A stretch of 64,000 nt of DNA from Candidatus Yanofskybacteria bacterium (GCA_016185525.1 JACPNK010000005.1:92473-156472); one strand, 5' to 3'; positions 52,363-62,060 are shown, counted from the first letter of the stretch. Program-made: numbers and translations. Notes: generated by a model not told the origin, from the letters alone.

Positions 52363-52363
52363 C

Positions 52364-52996
52364 ATGGTAGAAATTATTCCTTCAATTTTAGTAAAAACAA
52401 AAGAAGAATTTTTAAACAAGATTTTAGCGGTTGAAAACATATCTGAACGGGTTCACCTTGACATTGCTGATGGTATTTTTGTGCCCAATATGACCATCAG
52501 CGGTTTTGAGGAAGTTGAGAGCATTGAGACCAATTTGAAGATAGACGTCCATCTTATGGTTTCAAAACCTGAAAACCATATTATTCGTTGGCTGGAGACT
52601 CCGGTTGACTCCATCACTTTTCATATAGAGGCGACTCAAAAAGCTCAAGAAATTATTGAAAAAGCCAAAGAGGCGGACAGAAGAGTTGGGATTGCTCTTA
52701 ACCCGGAGACGCCTATATCGGCACTGGCGACTTTTATAGACCAGATTGACTTTGTTCATTTTATGACTGTGGAACCTGGTTTTTACGGAGGACAATTTGT
52801 TGAATCGGTTTTGGACAAGATGTCTGACTTCTTTTATTTTTATCCTGATAAGCCAATTTCCGTAGACGGCGGTGTTAATCCGGAAACTGCTCCGAAGTTG
52901 ATCCAGGCGGGAGCGAATATGTTGGTGGCGGGAAGTTATATATGGAACAGTGGAAATATAACCGAAGCAATCGAAAAAATAAGAAATGACATTTAG
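52364..52996 (+). CDS. rpe: ribulose-phosphate 3-epimerase
   Basis: IIPSILVKT...HLDIADGIFVPN. 210 aa. Confidence 0.8.
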   Translation: MVEIIPSILVKTKEEFLNKILAVENISERVHLDIADGIFVPNMTISGFEEVESIETNLKIDVHLMVSKPENHIIRWLETPVDSITFHIEATQKAQEIIEKAKEADRRVGIALNPETPISALATFIDQIDFVHFMTVEPGFYGGQFVESVLDKMSDFFYFYPDKPISVDGGVNPETAPKLIQAGANMLVAGSYIWNSGNITEAIEKIRNDI

Positions 52997-53025
52997 TTGG
53001 TAAATTAAACATTGCATATTAATTT

Positions 53026-53217
53026 ATGAAAGTTTTGGGAATAATAATTTACTTTGTCATTGCCGCATGGTTTATATTTATAGGCATTGGTTTCATCTCC
53101 GAAGATCTATTTAGACCGGGTAGTTTTAGAAATGGGAGTGAAAAGGGTTACTTTTTACTTGCTATCGCTGTACTATTTATTTGGCGAGTAGTGGCCATTA
53201 TTAAAAGAAAAAGATAA
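53026..53217 (+). CDS. small membrane protein
   Basis: 63 aa, two hydrophobic helices. Confidence 0.35.
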   Translation: MKVLGIIIYFVIAAWFIFIGIGFISEDLFRPGSFRNGSEKGYFLLAIAVLFIWRVVAIIKRKR

Positions 53218-53219
53218 TT

Positions 53220-54197
53220 ATGTACGACATAATCACAATCGGTTCTGCCACACGGGATGTTTTTTTGAGAGCGGAGGGTTTTGAGTTGCGGAAACATGAA
53301 GATTCGCCATCTGGCGTTGAACAGTGTTTTCCTTTGGGTTCCAAAATTGAAGTAAAAGAAATAACTTTTACCACCGGCGGGGGCGGAACGAATGCGGCGG
53401 TAACCTTTGCCAGACAGGGATTGAAAACGGCCTGCATCGGTTCGGTTGCTGATGACATAAACGGCAAAGAAATTCTGGAGGAACTGAAAAAAGAAAAAGT
53501 TGAAACTAAATTTTTTCAGAAAAATGCTTCAGGGCATACTGCTTATTCGGTCATATTTATCCATCCAAACGCCGAAAGAACAATTTTAAGCTACAAGGGC
53601 GAAGGCCAAAACCTCAACGCCGAAGAAACTCTTTTCAAAAAGATTAAAACAAAATGGCTGTTTCTTAACAGTCTGGGCGGCAATTATGAATTATTGGAGA
53701 AAGCAGTTTTGTGGGCTAAAGAAAATAGCGTCAAAATCGCCTCAAACCCCGGAGGCAAGGAACTGGCGTATGGTTTGGAAAAGTTGAAAGTTCTTTTGGA
53801 AAACGGCGACATCATAATTATGAATCAAGAGGAAGCGGCGCGTCTTGCCGGCGTTAACTATGAAAATGAAAGTGAAATTTTCCAAGCCATGGACAAAGTT
53901 GTGAAGGGCATTTTCGTTATGACTAAAGGACACGAAGGCGTTGCCGTTTCTGACGGCAAAAATATTTACAAAGCCGGTGTGCCGGATTCGCCCATAGTTG
54001 AACGCACGGGCGCCGGCGATGCTTTCAGTTCGGGCTTTGTTTCGGAGTTTATCAGAAGCGGTGATGTTGCTAAAGCTATACAGCTGGCAACAGCCAATGC
54101 TTCTTCGGTTGTAACAAAAGTCGGCTCTAAGGCGGGGATATTAAAAGAAGGCGATTGGGGGCCATGGCCGTTAGTTGAAGTTAAAACAAATTTCTAA
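53220..54197 (+). CDS. PfkB-family carbohydrate kinase (ribokinase/fructokinase-like)
   Basis: GGGGTNAAV and C-terminal GAGDAF motifs. Confidence 0.75.
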   Translation: MYDIITIGSATRDVFLRAEGFELRKHEDSPSGVEQCFPLGSKIEVKEITFTTGGGGTNAAVTFARQGLKTACIGSVADDINGKEILEELKKEKVETKFFQKNASGHTAYSVIFIHPNAERTILSYKGEGQNLNAEETLFKKIKTKWLFLNSLGGNYELLEKAVLWAKENSVKIASNPGGKELAYGLEKLKVLLENGDIIIMNQEEAARLAGVNYENESEIFQAMDKVVKGIFVMTKGHEGVAVSDGKNIYKAGVPDSPIVERTGAGDAFSSGFVSEFIRSGDVAKAIQLATANASSVVTKVGSKAGILKEGDWGPWPLVEVKTNF

Positions 54198-54304
54198 TTA
54201 TTCTAATTGCTCTAATTAACCTAAATAATAACTAAGTCCCCAATTCTAAAATGTCTAAAATACTTAGTTATTAGGTTATTAGGATTTATTTAGGTCAACT
54301 TACT

Positions 54305-55561
54305 GTGGTCTTTGCCCACGAAAAACTTGCGAGGATTTTACGCACTAAACCAGAAGTGCTTTTAAGTTTGGAAGAAAAAATGAACTCTCTTACCGGTAAA
54401 AGCGGGGTTATGGAAAAAATATTGATAGAGAACGATATTTTGGTAAAACGTACTTTGAGCGAATTGGGTTTGTCTGAAGCCGGACTTAAGGCCGAGAAGG
54501 TTTATGATGCTTTAGTTGCCAGAATTGAGTATATGGATAAGGATTTATATAACTTTTTAGGCAGACCAATTCTTTCTGAAATGTCAGGTGTTTGCGGAAA
54601 ACTTTGCGAAACCTCTCTGTTTTTAAACAAACCTAAAACCGGTTTTTTTATCAAAAAAGAGAAAGCTGTTGAAATGCTGGAAAAATTTCCACCACAAAAT
54701 TTGCTGGACCATTTCGGCTATAAAACGGCCGAAGAGCTTGTTCGGAAAGAAGGCTTCTCGTCTGTCGTCTCGGCATTGCGCTTTGCTCAGGACTCAAAAT
54801 GGATGCATGAGTTTTTTGATAGGGCATATAATGAGCTTACAGCCGAAGATTTTGAAGAACGTGAAGTTGAGCTGAAAGTTTTGGAAACTAAGTGGCTGGA
54901 TGTGGCGGAAAAATTTTTGGAAAAGAAATACCACAATGTCAGCCATCTTAAAGAATTTGGCGTTATTTTTATTATTCCGTTGGAAATAGACACCAAAGGG
55001 GAAACCCTGAGAATGTTTACTTTGATACTCCACTACCTCAATGAGGTGCCTTTTTATTCAAAACTTTTCAAAAAGTTTTCTGTGGAGGAAAATTTTCCTC
55101 CTAAATTAAAATCACTGCTGCGTGGTGACGTTGCAGAAGGGCCGGCGCCCGACAATGCCGTCAGAATTGTTCAACGGTATCTCGCCAAGGACGACAAAAA
55201 TGACTTTAGGCTTTTTGAGCCGCATATCAATCCCGAGGCCGAACACTGGTACAAAGCGGAAACTGATTTGGCAAACTTGAACTCTGTGCCTGAGGAAAAA
55301 GGGCGCGCTACGGGTTACTGGCGCGGGTTGGATTTTGTCGGCGACTTTTTTCCGGACGGGTTGGAAAAAGGCGAAAAAGAAAATTTAGTGAGTTTTGACC
55401 TTATTGACTTGGTTATGTCTTTGGTTAAGAAAGGAGAAATAAAATACTTATATCACCAGCAAGAAGCTCTCTGGAATAAGATTTTTATAGAATATCTTGG
55501 AAGGGAAAAGTTAAATGAACTAGTTGAAGAGAATATAGTTAGTGGGTTTATAAAATTTTAA
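54305..55561 (+). CDS. hypothetical protein (start uncertain)
   Basis: 418-aa ORF. No motif recognised. Confidence 0.35.
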   Translation: MVFAHEKLARILRTKPEVLLSLEEKMNSLTGKSGVMEKILIENDILVKRTLSELGLSEAGLKAEKVYDALVARIEYMDKDLYNFLGRPILSEMSGVCGKLCETSLFLNKPKTGFFIKKEKAVEMLEKFPPQNLLDHFGYKTAEELVRKEGFSSVVSALRFAQDSKWMHEFFDRAYNELTAEDFEEREVELKVLETKWLDVAEKFLEKKYHNVSHLKEFGVIFIIPLEIDTKGETLRMFTLILHYLNEVPFYSKLFKKFSVEENFPPKLKSLLRGDVAEGPAPDNAVRIVQRYLAKDDKNDFRLFEPHINPEAEHWYKAETDLANLNSVPEEKGRATGYWRGLDFVGDFFPDGLEKGEKENLVSFDLIDLVMSLVKKGEIKYLYHQQEALWNKIFIEYLGREKLNELVEENIVSGFIKF

Positions 55562-55574
55562 TGGCAAAATCCAA

Positions 55575-56498
55575 ATGACAAATGACAAAAATCTTAAAAC
55601 TTACTTAAGCAAGGCGCAACAAGAACATTGGGCGATTGGGCATTTTAATTTTTCTACGGCGGAGCAGCTTAAAGCCATAGTTGAAGCGGCGGCGGAACTT
55701 AAAAGTCCGGTGATGGTCGCAACTTCTGAAGGAGAAGCGGAGTTTGTCGGTTATGACCAAGCCGTAGCGCTTGTTAAGTCTTACCAGCAGGCGGGGTATG
55801 CTGTTTGGCTTAACGCCGACCATCATAAAAGTTTTGAGTCGGCCAAGAAAGCGATCGATGCCGGTTACGATACGGTTTTAATTGATGCATCAAGGTTGAA
55901 CCTTGATGAAAACATCGGTACGACATCGCAAGTCGTACAGTATGCCCATAGAGGTTTAACCTCTATAATGGTGGAAGGGGAGTTGGGGTATTTGCGCGGG
56001 TCATCAGAAGTTCAGGAAAAAGTGGAGATTAATCCAACCGACTATACCCAACCCGAACAAGCGGCGGATTTTGTGGCGCGGACAGGCGTGGAGAGATTAG
56101 CGGTAGTGTTTGGCAATATCCACGGAATTGTTACAGAGGTTATAACAACAACCCCGACGCCCAATGGGGTCGGGGCCCCGACCGAAGCGTCGGGGGAAGA
56201 AAAATTAGACATTGAACATCTTAAAAAAATTACTGTGGCTGTGCCGGAAACAATTTTGGTATTGCATGGCGCTTCGGGTTTGCCGGATGAAGACGTGCGT
56301 GCTGCTATTGCCGCCGGCATTTCTAATGTCCATATCAACACCGAACTGAGGGTTGCTTACCACGACACTCTTCACGCTGAACTTGAAAAAGAACCAAACC
56401 AAACCACACCCTACAAATTTCTGGCGTCATCGCAAGATGCAATGAAAGAGTTGGTGAAGAAGAAGCTGAAGCTCTTTGGGTCGGTTGACAAAATTTAG
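55575..56498 (+). CDS. fba: class II fructose-bisphosphate aldolase
   Basis: AIGHFNFSTAEQ...VLHGASGLPDEDV. 307 aa. Confidence 0.85.
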   Translation: MTNDKNLKTYLSKAQQEHWAIGHFNFSTAEQLKAIVEAAAELKSPVMVATSEGEAEFVGYDQAVALVKSYQQAGYAVWLNADHHKSFESAKKAIDAGYDTVLIDASRLNLDENIGTTSQVVQYAHRGLTSIMVEGELGYLRGSSEVQEKVEINPTDYTQPEQAADFVARTGVERLAVVFGNIHGIVTEVITTTPTPNGVGAPTEASGEEKLDIEHLKKITVAVPETILVLHGASGLPDEDVRAAIAAGISNVHINTELRVAYHDTLHAELEKEPNQTTPYKFLASSQDAMKELVKKKLKLFGSVDKI

Positions 56499-56520
56499 CC
56501 TTCAGGTAAAATCATACTTC

Positions 56521-57216
56521 ATGCGAAAAGTTGAGATAAAAGCAGAAAAAAGAAGCGTGGTCGGCAAGTCTATGGCCGGTATTATGGGCCGTGGCTTTTT
56601 GCCTGCGGTAATTTACGGCCACGATTTTAAATCAACTCCTGTTCAGGTGAATCTTAAAGATTTTGAAAGAGCTTATCTGGAGGCCGGAGAGTCCTCTCTG
56701 GTTTATGTAAATTTGGACAGTAAAGATTTGCCGGTGATTATTCACGACGTTGCCAGAAACCCAATTTCCGATAGATTTATTCATGCTGATTTTTATAAAG
56801 TTAATTTGGCTGAAAAAATTACTGCTGATGTGCAATTGATTTTTATCGGCGAAGCTCCGGCAGTTAAAGATTTTGCCGGCATTTTGGTTAAGAATGTAAA
56901 TGAAGTTAAAGTTGAGGCTCTGCCTCAAAACTTGCCGCACGAAATTCAAGTTGATATTTCTGCGCTGAAAAATTTTACCGATCAGATTTTAATCAAAGAC
57001 CTTAAACTGCCAAAAGGCGTTGAGGTTAAAGAAAAGCCGGAAGAAATTATTGCGCTTATTCAGGAGCCAATTTCACAGGAAGAACTGGACAAGCAGTTGG
57101 CCGTACCGGAAGCTGGTGTGGCTGAAGTTGAGGTAATCAAGAAAGAAAAAGAAGCTGAAGAAGGCGAAGCAGTTGTTGCAGATGAAGGAGAGGTTGGAGA
57201 AAAAAAGAACTCATAA
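56521..57216 (+). CDS. rplY: 50S ribosomal protein L25 / general stress protein Ctc (with an acidic C-terminal extension)
   Basis: MRKVEIKAEKRSVVGKSMAGIMGRGFLPAVIYGH. Confidence 0.85.
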   Translation: MRKVEIKAEKRSVVGKSMAGIMGRGFLPAVIYGHDFKSTPVQVNLKDFERAYLEAGESSLVYVNLDSKDLPVIIHDVARNPISDRFIHADFYKVNLAEKITADVQLIFIGEAPAVKDFAGILVKNVNEVKVEALPQNLPHEIQVDISALKNFTDQILIKDLKLPKGVEVKEKPEEIIALIQEPISQEELDKQLAVPEAGVAEVEVIKKEKEAEEGEAVVADEGEVGEKKNS

Positions 57217-57230
57217 AAATAAACCCCACT

Positions 57231-57258
57231 TAGTGGGGTTTATTTTTATTTCAAGTAC
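57231..57258. terminator. bidirectional terminator between rplY and the convergent gene
   Basis: aaaccccac-tta-gtggggttt followed by atttttattt. Confidence 0.7.
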
Positions 57259-57725
57259 TGTCTGAATTTTTCCAATTTGCTTTCTGAAAGAGCCAAAGAC
57301 TCTCTAACCGCCTGTTCTATGTCTGCCTTTGTAAATTGCGCTTTTTCTCCGAGGACAAAAAATTTTCCGTCCATTTTGCTTTTGAAAAAATTGTCTATGT
57401 AAAGTTTTTGTTCCGGTTTGAGTTTAATTTCCGGAAACTCTTCAAGGTATTTATTTAAAGCTTTGCGTGAGAGGGCGATGATACCGTCGCCTTTTTCTAC
57501 AGAGACTTCCAAAAAGTTAGCGGTTAACGGCTTGTTTTCAGTATTTACTGTTTTTGAGGGTCGGCTGAAAGCTGAAGCAATTCCGATAAGCAACACCACC
57601 GCGGCAACAAAAGGTAAAATTCTTTTCCCGAAATTTCTTTTAAACCAACTGCTGACTTTTTTGCCCCAGCCCGGACCTGCTTCAAAAACAGGACCGGTAG
57701 GCAACGAGACTTGTTCTTCTGTCAT
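57246..57725 (-). CDS. membrane-anchored hypothetical protein, translationally coupled upstream to prfA
   Basis: 159 aa with a TM segment [18 protein letters not shown]. 4-bp overlap with prfA. Confidence 0.45.
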   Translation of the reverse strand: MTEEQVSLPTGPVFEAGPGWGKKVSSWFKRNFGKRILPFVAAVVLLIGIASAFSRPSKTVNTENKPLTANFLEVSVEKGDGIIALSRKALNKYLEEFPEIKLKPEQKLYIDNFFKSKMDGKFFVLGEKAQFTKADIEQAVRESLALSESKLEKFRQYLK

Positions 57726-58606
57726 TGATTTTTAGAGGCGTCTGTCAGGGCTTGGACAACTTGGTCCAAGTTTCCGTTCAAGATATCGCCAATATTACTC
57801 CAACTTTTTTTAATTCGGTGGTCGGTGATTCTGTCTTGTGGGAAATTGTAAGTTCTTATCTTTTCGGAGCGGTTCGCTGAACCTATTTGTGATCTTCTTT
57901 CTCCGCCAATCTTTTTTTCTTGTTCTTCTTTGTGAGCGGCTGCCAACTTGGCTCTCAAAATTTCCATAGCTTTTTCTCTGTTCCTGCCTTGAGACCTTTC
58001 TTCACGAGAAAATACTACCAAACCGCTGGGTTTATGTAAAATCCTTACGGCAGTTTCAACTTTGTTTACATTCTGACCTCCCGGTCCGCCGGCTCTGGTG
58101 AAAGTTATTTCCAGATCCTCTGGTTTAATCTGAACCTCACTTTCTTTTACTTTGGGCAGTACGGCTACGGTGGCGGTAGATGTGTGAACTCTGCCACTTT
58201 TTTCTGTTTCGGGAACTCTCTGTACTCTATGGACGCCGCTTTCATATTGCAGCAGGTTGTAAATGTTTTTTCCTGAAATCTCAAAAACAGCCTGTTTGTA
58301 GCCGCCGAGCGGGTTTTGGTTGTAGTCGATGATCCGCACCACAAAGTTGTTAAGAGCCGAAAACTTTTTATACATGGAAAATAAATCTGCGGCAAAAAGA
58401 CTTGCTTCGTCACCGCCGGCGCCGGCCCGAATCTCTACAATTACCTCGTTAATGCCGCTGCCATCGTTTTCTTGTTCCAAAGTTCTTTTAATTTCGGCAT
58501 GCTTCTTTCCGAGTTCGGCAACTTTTTTATAGTCAACGAAAATTTCCGGATTGGACATCTGAACCTCAATTTCTTGAAGCTCTTTTAAAAGCCTTTCTTT
58601 TGACAT
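57722..58606 (-). CDS. prfA: peptide chain release factor 1 (short form)
   Basis: GGQ motif. RVQRVPETE (PxT-type). C-terminal ...[15 protein letters not shown]. 294 aa. Confidence 0.85.
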   Translation of the reverse strand: MSKERLLKELQEIEVQMSNPEIFVDYKKVAELGKKHAEIKRTLEQENDGSGINEVIVEIRAGAGGDEASLFAADLFSMYKKFSALNNFVVRIIDYNQNPLGGYKQAVFEISGKNIYNLLQYESGVHRVQRVPETEKSGRVHTSTATVAVLPKVKESEVQIKPEDLEITFTRAGGPGGQNVNKVETAVRILHKPSGLVVFSREERSQGRNREKAMEILRAKLAAAHKEEQEKKIGGERRSQIGSANRSEKIRTYNFPQDRITDHRIKKSWSNIGDILNGNLDQVVQALTDASKNQ

Positions 58607-58831
58607 CTATTTTTTTAGAGTTTTTCTTTGGGATTTTTCCAGCCTCTTTTTAAACTTGTCCACCCGTCCTCTTGTGTCTAAGACTTTTTCTTTGCCGGAG
58701 TAAAAAGGGTGGCAGTTTGAGCAGATTTCAATTTCAAGATCGGGCTGGGTTGAGCCGGTGGTCCAAGTTTTTCCGCAGGCGCAGCGGACTTTGGCGTTGT
58801 CGTAATAGGTTGGATGAATAGCTGATTTCAT
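58607..58831 (-). CDS. rpmE: 50S ribosomal protein L31
   Basis: MKSAIHPTYY...CACGKTW...CSNCHPFYSGK. Confidence 0.9.
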   Translation of the reverse strand: MKSAIHPTYYDNAKVRCACGKTWTTGSTQPDLEIEICSNCHPFYSGKEKVLDTRGRVDKFKKRLEKSQRKTLKK

Positions 58832-58887
58832 TGCTGTCTATCCTATCACTCTTGATTCAAAAGGTCAATTTTGATATACTGCATTTC

Positions 58888-59571
58888 ATGCTAAAAAACG
58901 AAACACAGTTGCCAACTTATGAAGATATGATTAAGGCCGGTATGCACTTGGGGCGCAAAAAATCTATTTTTAATCCCAAGATGAAGTCCAATGTCTATCT
59001 GATGAGGGACGGCATTCATATTATAGATTTGATAAAAACAAAACAGGGGATGACTTCAGTGGTGGATTTTTTGAGAAAATCTTTGGAAGATAAAAAACTA
59101 GTTTTATTTGTTGGTATTTCCAAACAGTCATCTGATTTGGTCAAAGACCTGGCGGAAAGCCTCGGTATGCCCTATGCGATCAATCGTTGGCTTGGCGGCA
59201 CTTTGACAAATTTTAAGACTGTAATTTCGCGTCTCCACTATCTTGAATCTTTGGAGACTGATTTTGCTTCGGGGGCATTTGAAAAGTACACAAAAAAAGA
59301 AAGACTGATGAAAGAAAAAGAAATGGCAAAGTTGAAAGAAAAATTTGATGGTTTGAGGAAGTTGAACCGTGTTCCAGACATTTTGTTTGTTTCTTCGGTT
59401 AAAGAGAACGAACTCCCAATTAGAGAAGCCAAAAAAATGAAAGTCAAAATTGTCGGTTTGATTAATACCGAAAGCGATCCTAGCCGAATTGATTTCCCGA
59501 TTCCAGCCAATGACAACGCACGCAAATCCCTGGAATTGATTATTAAAGCTATCAAAGATTCTCTTTTGTAA
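58888..59571 (+). CDS. rpsB: 30S ribosomal protein S2
   Basis: MLKNETQLPTYEDMIKAGMHLGRKKSIFNPKM. Start trimmed to avoid overlap with rpmE. Confidence 0.85.
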   Translation: MLKNETQLPTYEDMIKAGMHLGRKKSIFNPKMKSNVYLMRDGIHIIDLIKTKQGMTSVVDFLRKSLEDKKLVLFVGISKQSSDLVKDLAESLGMPYAINRWLGGTLTNFKTVISRLHYLESLETDFASGAFEKYTKKERLMKEKEMAKLKEKFDGLRKLNRVPDILFVSSVKENELPIREAKKMKVKIVGLINTESDPSRIDFPIPANDNARKSLELIIKAIKDSLL

Positions 59572-59582
59572 TTTAAACTACT

Positions 59583-60032
59583 GTGTCTGTCATAGAAAAA
59601 GTAAAAAAAATCAGAGAGGCTACCAGTTTATCTGTCGGCGAGATATCTAAGGCTTTGGTTGAAGCGGCCGGAGACGAGTTTCGGGCTTTGCAAATTTTGA
59701 AAGACCGGGGGGTTCAGATTGCCAACAAGAAGTCCTCTAGAGAAATCAAAGAGGGGATTGTAGAGTGCTATGTGCATGGCAACAGAAAAATAGGTGCTAT
59801 GGTTGAACTTGGCTCGGAAACGGACTTTGTCGCTAAAAATGAAGAATTTAGGAAATTAGCTCACGAATTGGCAATGCAGGTTGCTTCAATGGAACCCAAG
59901 GACTCTGAAGATCTGCTTTCGCAGACATTTATCAAGGACCCCTCAATGACTATCGCCGATCTGGTCAATCAGTATATTGCCAGACTGGGAGAAAATATAA
60001 AAATCAGAAAAATAGTCAGATTTGAAATATAA
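59583..60032 (+). CDS. tsf: elongation factor Ts (short form)
   Basis: N-terminal UBA-like region. TDFVAKNEEF. C-terminal IGENIKIRKIVRFEI. Confidence 0.85.
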   Translation: MSVIEKVKKIREATSLSVGEISKALVEAAGDEFRALQILKDRGVQIANKKSSREIKEGIVECYVHGNRKIGAMVELGSETDFVAKNEEFRKLAHELAMQVASMEPKDSEDLLSQTFIKDPSMTIADLVNQYIARLGENIKIRKIVRFEI

Positions 60033-60034
60033 TC

Positions 60035-60637
60035 ATGTACCTCATCATACCCCTCTTCATAATTTTTGTTTCTTTGTTTGGTGTTATGCTTATCGTTTGG
60101 CGTAAGATCCCATACTTAAAGAAAATTACCAATCCGGCGCCAATATCATTTTCAGAGTCCGTGCCACTTGTTCTGCTTTCAGATTTTTTTCCGGAGGTTG
60201 CCAACTATCTCAAAAAATCAGATCTCACAGCCTACAGAAATCATCTAATGAAAGAGTTGGAAAAGTTTTTGCGCAGACTAAGGGTGCTTTCGTTGAAGCT
60301 GGATAGTTTTACCAACAAATTGCTGGCCAAGATTAAGTCGGAAAATCTAAAAAACGGGCATACCTTGGCGCAGGAATTTAAAGAAGCAGCCGAAGTAAAA
60401 ACAATTCAGAGAAAAGAAAGTTTTACAGAGCGCGCTAAAAAAGAAGAACAGGCTTTAATCATTGAAATTGCCAAAAATCCTAAAAACCCTGAACTTTATA
60501 AAAAACTGGCCGAAGTCTATCTTTCTGTTAAAAATTTTTCCGATGCCAAAGAGTCGCTGGAGACGGCTTTAGAACTTGATCCGGAAGACCAGCAGACGAG
60601 GGAAAAACTGGAGACAGTAAGGAGGCTATTGTCTTAA
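60035..60637 (+). CDS. membrane-anchored TPR-like hypothetical protein
   Basis: N-terminal TM. C-terminal helical repeat ending ALELDPEDQQ. Confidence 0.4.
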   Translation: MYLIIPLFIIFVSLFGVMLIVWRKIPYLKKITNPAPISFSESVPLVLLSDFFPEVANYLKKSDLTAYRNHLMKELEKFLRRLRVLSLKLDSFTNKLLAKIKSENLKNGHTLAQEFKEAAEVKTIQRKESFTERAKKEEQALIIEIAKNPKNPELYKKLAEVYLSVKNFSDAKESLETALELDPEDQQTREKLETVRRLLS

Positions 60638-60709
60638 GCCGCCTTAGTTCAGTGGCAGAACGCCATCCCCGTAAGATGGATGTCCCCAGTTCGATTCTGG
60701 GAGGCGGCT
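60638..60709 (+). tRNA. tRNA-Thr (anticodon CGT)
   Basis: Hand-folded: acceptor GCCGCCT/AGGCGGC, anticodon stem-loop CCATC-CCCGTAA-GATGG, T-arm CCCAGTTCGATTCTGGG. Confidence 0.8.
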
Positions 60710-60764
60710 CTTGAAAAGTTATTCTAGAGTTACTTTACTGAAAAAATGTTATAGTTTACTTAAC

Positions 60765-60838
60765 GCCGGAGTAGCTCAATGGTAGAGCAGCCGATTTGTA
60801 ATCGGCAGGCTTGTTGGGTTCGAGTCCCACCTCCGGCT
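60765..60838 (+). tRNA. tRNA-Thr (anticodon TGT); variable region appears to be 7 nt
   Basis: Acceptor GCCGGAG/CTCCGGC. Anticodon stem-loop GCCGA-TTTGTAA-TCGGC. T-loop TTCGAGT. Confidence 0.65.
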
Positions 60839-60840
60839 CA

Positions 60841-61482
60841 ATGGCTTATAATTTTTATAGTTCGAGAGAGTATAAAAAAAGACAAAGCTTGTTGGTAAAG
60901 GCTGCTTGGAAAAGAGGAGACTTTGATTTTTTTAGGAAAAAAGAAGAAAGAGTATGTAGGCGAAATGATTGTGGCGAGGTTTTTACTGTTAAGCCAAGCG
61001 ATTCAAAGGTTTTTTGTTCTCATTCCTGTTCTGCCATGGTAAATAATAGGAATCGACGCATTGTTAGATATTGTCTAAGTTGCGAAAAAAAAGTATTAAG
61101 GCCAAGTTACAAATATTGTTCTAACGCGTGTCATGTTGTTCACAAATTTAACTCCTATGTAAAAAGATGGAAGAAGGGGGAGGAGAGTGGTTTAAAGGGT
61201 AGCCTGGGTATAGTATCTAGACACGTTAAAAGATATTTAAGAGAGAAATATAGAAATAGATGCTGTTTGTGTGGCTGGTCAAAAATTAATCCCAAAACTA
61301 ATGTAGTTCCGTTAGTGGCCGACCACATTGATGGAAACTGGCAAAATAATAAGGAGAAAAATTTGAGACTATTGTGTCCAAACTGTGACTCTTTAACTCC
61401 AACTTTTTGCGGATTAAATAAAGGGAGAGGGAGGAAAAATCGAGCCGTAAGTAAAAGAATTCGAATCAGTAAATTATTATAA
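60841..61482 (+). CDS. HNH endonuclease (Cys-rich, homing-type) inserted in the tRNA cluster
   Basis: CCLCGW...HIDGNWQNN...LRLLCPNCD HNH core. Several CxxC pairs. Start trimmed to the ATG after the tRNA. Confidence 0.7.
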   Translation: MAYNFYSSREYKKRQSLLVKAAWKRGDFDFFRKKEERVCRRNDCGEVFTVKPSDSKVFCSHSCSAMVNNRNRRIVRYCLSCEKKVLRPSYKYCSNACHVVHKFNSYVKRWKKGEESGLKGSLGIVSRHVKRYLREKYRNRCCLCGWSKINPKTNVVPLVADHIDGNWQNNKEKNLRLLCPNCDSLTPTFCGLNKGRGRKNRAVSKRIRISKLL

Positions 61483-61544
61483 TTATTTAAGGAAAGTTAA
61501 ATTTGATTATGGCTAGAAAGCTTAGTTAAATGGACAGATTGTTG

Positions 61545-61628
61545 GGGCAGTTGGTGGAGTAGTCAAACACACCACGCTGTAAACGTGGCGGCCTTAGGCC
61601 TTCGGGGGTGCAAATCCCTCACTGCCCA
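61545..61628 (+). tRNA. tRNA-Tyr (anticodon GTA), long variable arm
   Basis: Acceptor GGGCAGT/ACTGCCC. Anticodon stem-loop CCACG-CTGTAAA-CGTGG. Variable hairpin GGCCTTAGGCC. T-arm GGGGGTGCAAATCCCTC. Confidence 0.7.
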
Positions 61629-61639
61629 CAAAAAACAAA

Positions 61640-61710
61640 GCCAGCGTAGCTTAGTGGTAAAGCACCCCCTTGGTAAGGGGAAGACCGTCGGTCCGATTCC
61701 GACCGCTGGC
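61640..61710 (+). tRNA. tRNA-Thr (anticodon GGT)
   Basis: Acceptor GCCAGCG/CGCTGGC. Anticodon loop TTGGTAA. T-arm GTCGGTCCGATTCCGAC. Confidence 0.7.
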
Positions 61711-61713
61711 TCT

Positions 61714-61872
61714 ATGAGTCAAGATAATTTAATAAAAATGAAGTGCGGAAAGTGTAAGCGTTTCAATTACCACACTTTCAAGAATAAAAAGAAAGTGGAG
61801 CGGACCATCACTTTAAAGAAGTTTTGTAAGTGGTGCCGCGCGCACACCGAACATAAAGAAACCAAAAAATAA
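61714..61872 (+). CDS. rpmG: 50S ribosomal protein L33
   Basis: MKCGKCKRFNYHTFKNKKK...KKFCKWCRAHTEHKETK. ~52 aa. Start trimmed to avoid the tRNA. Confidence 0.85.
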   Translation: MSQDNLIKMKCGKCKRFNYHTFKNKKKVERTITLKKFCKWCRAHTEHKETKK

Positions 61873-61886
61873 TTTTGGTTTCTTTT

Positions 61887-61957
61887 GGGGATGTCGTTCA
61901 ATGGCAGGACTCTTCTCTCCAAAAGAAGGTATTCCCGTTCAAGTCGGGACATCCCCG
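61887..61957 (+). tRNA. tRNA-Trp (anticodon CCA)
   Basis: Acceptor GGGGATG/CATCCCC. Anticodon stem-loop CTTCT-CTCCAAA-AGAAG. T-arm TCCCGTTCAAGTCGGGA. Confidence 0.75.
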
Positions 61958-62060
61958 CAGGAAAGGGCTGGACAATTCCCTCAACTCCCGCCATGCACCG
62001 CGTGGGGTGCATGGTTGCCCTGAATCCTACGTGGTTCAGGGCGTCACACCCTACAAATCA

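Noticed and set aside
54198-54304. AT-rich inverted repeat (aacctaaataataactaagt / acttagttattaggtt) after the pfkB-family gene as a distinct element
   Set aside because: Low-complexity AT-rich sequence with imperfect arms. It probably just contributes to termination. Not distinctive enough to call.
61585-61872. 95-aa version of the rpmG ORF from the ORF track, and the 223-aa version of the HNH ORF starting at 60811
   Set aside because: Their 5' portions run through the tRNA-Tyr/tRNA-Thr(GGT) and tRNA-Thr(TGT) genes respectively. Starts were trimmed to the first ATG after each tRNA (61714 and 60841).
61958-62060. Assignment of the GC-rich trailer to a known RNA family (SRP RNA, RNase P RNA, tmRNA, 6S)
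   Set aside because: I could not find the conserved SRP domain IV motif, the RNase P GGAAAGUCCGG core, or tmRNA tRNA-like ends. It is left as an unclassified candidate sRNA.
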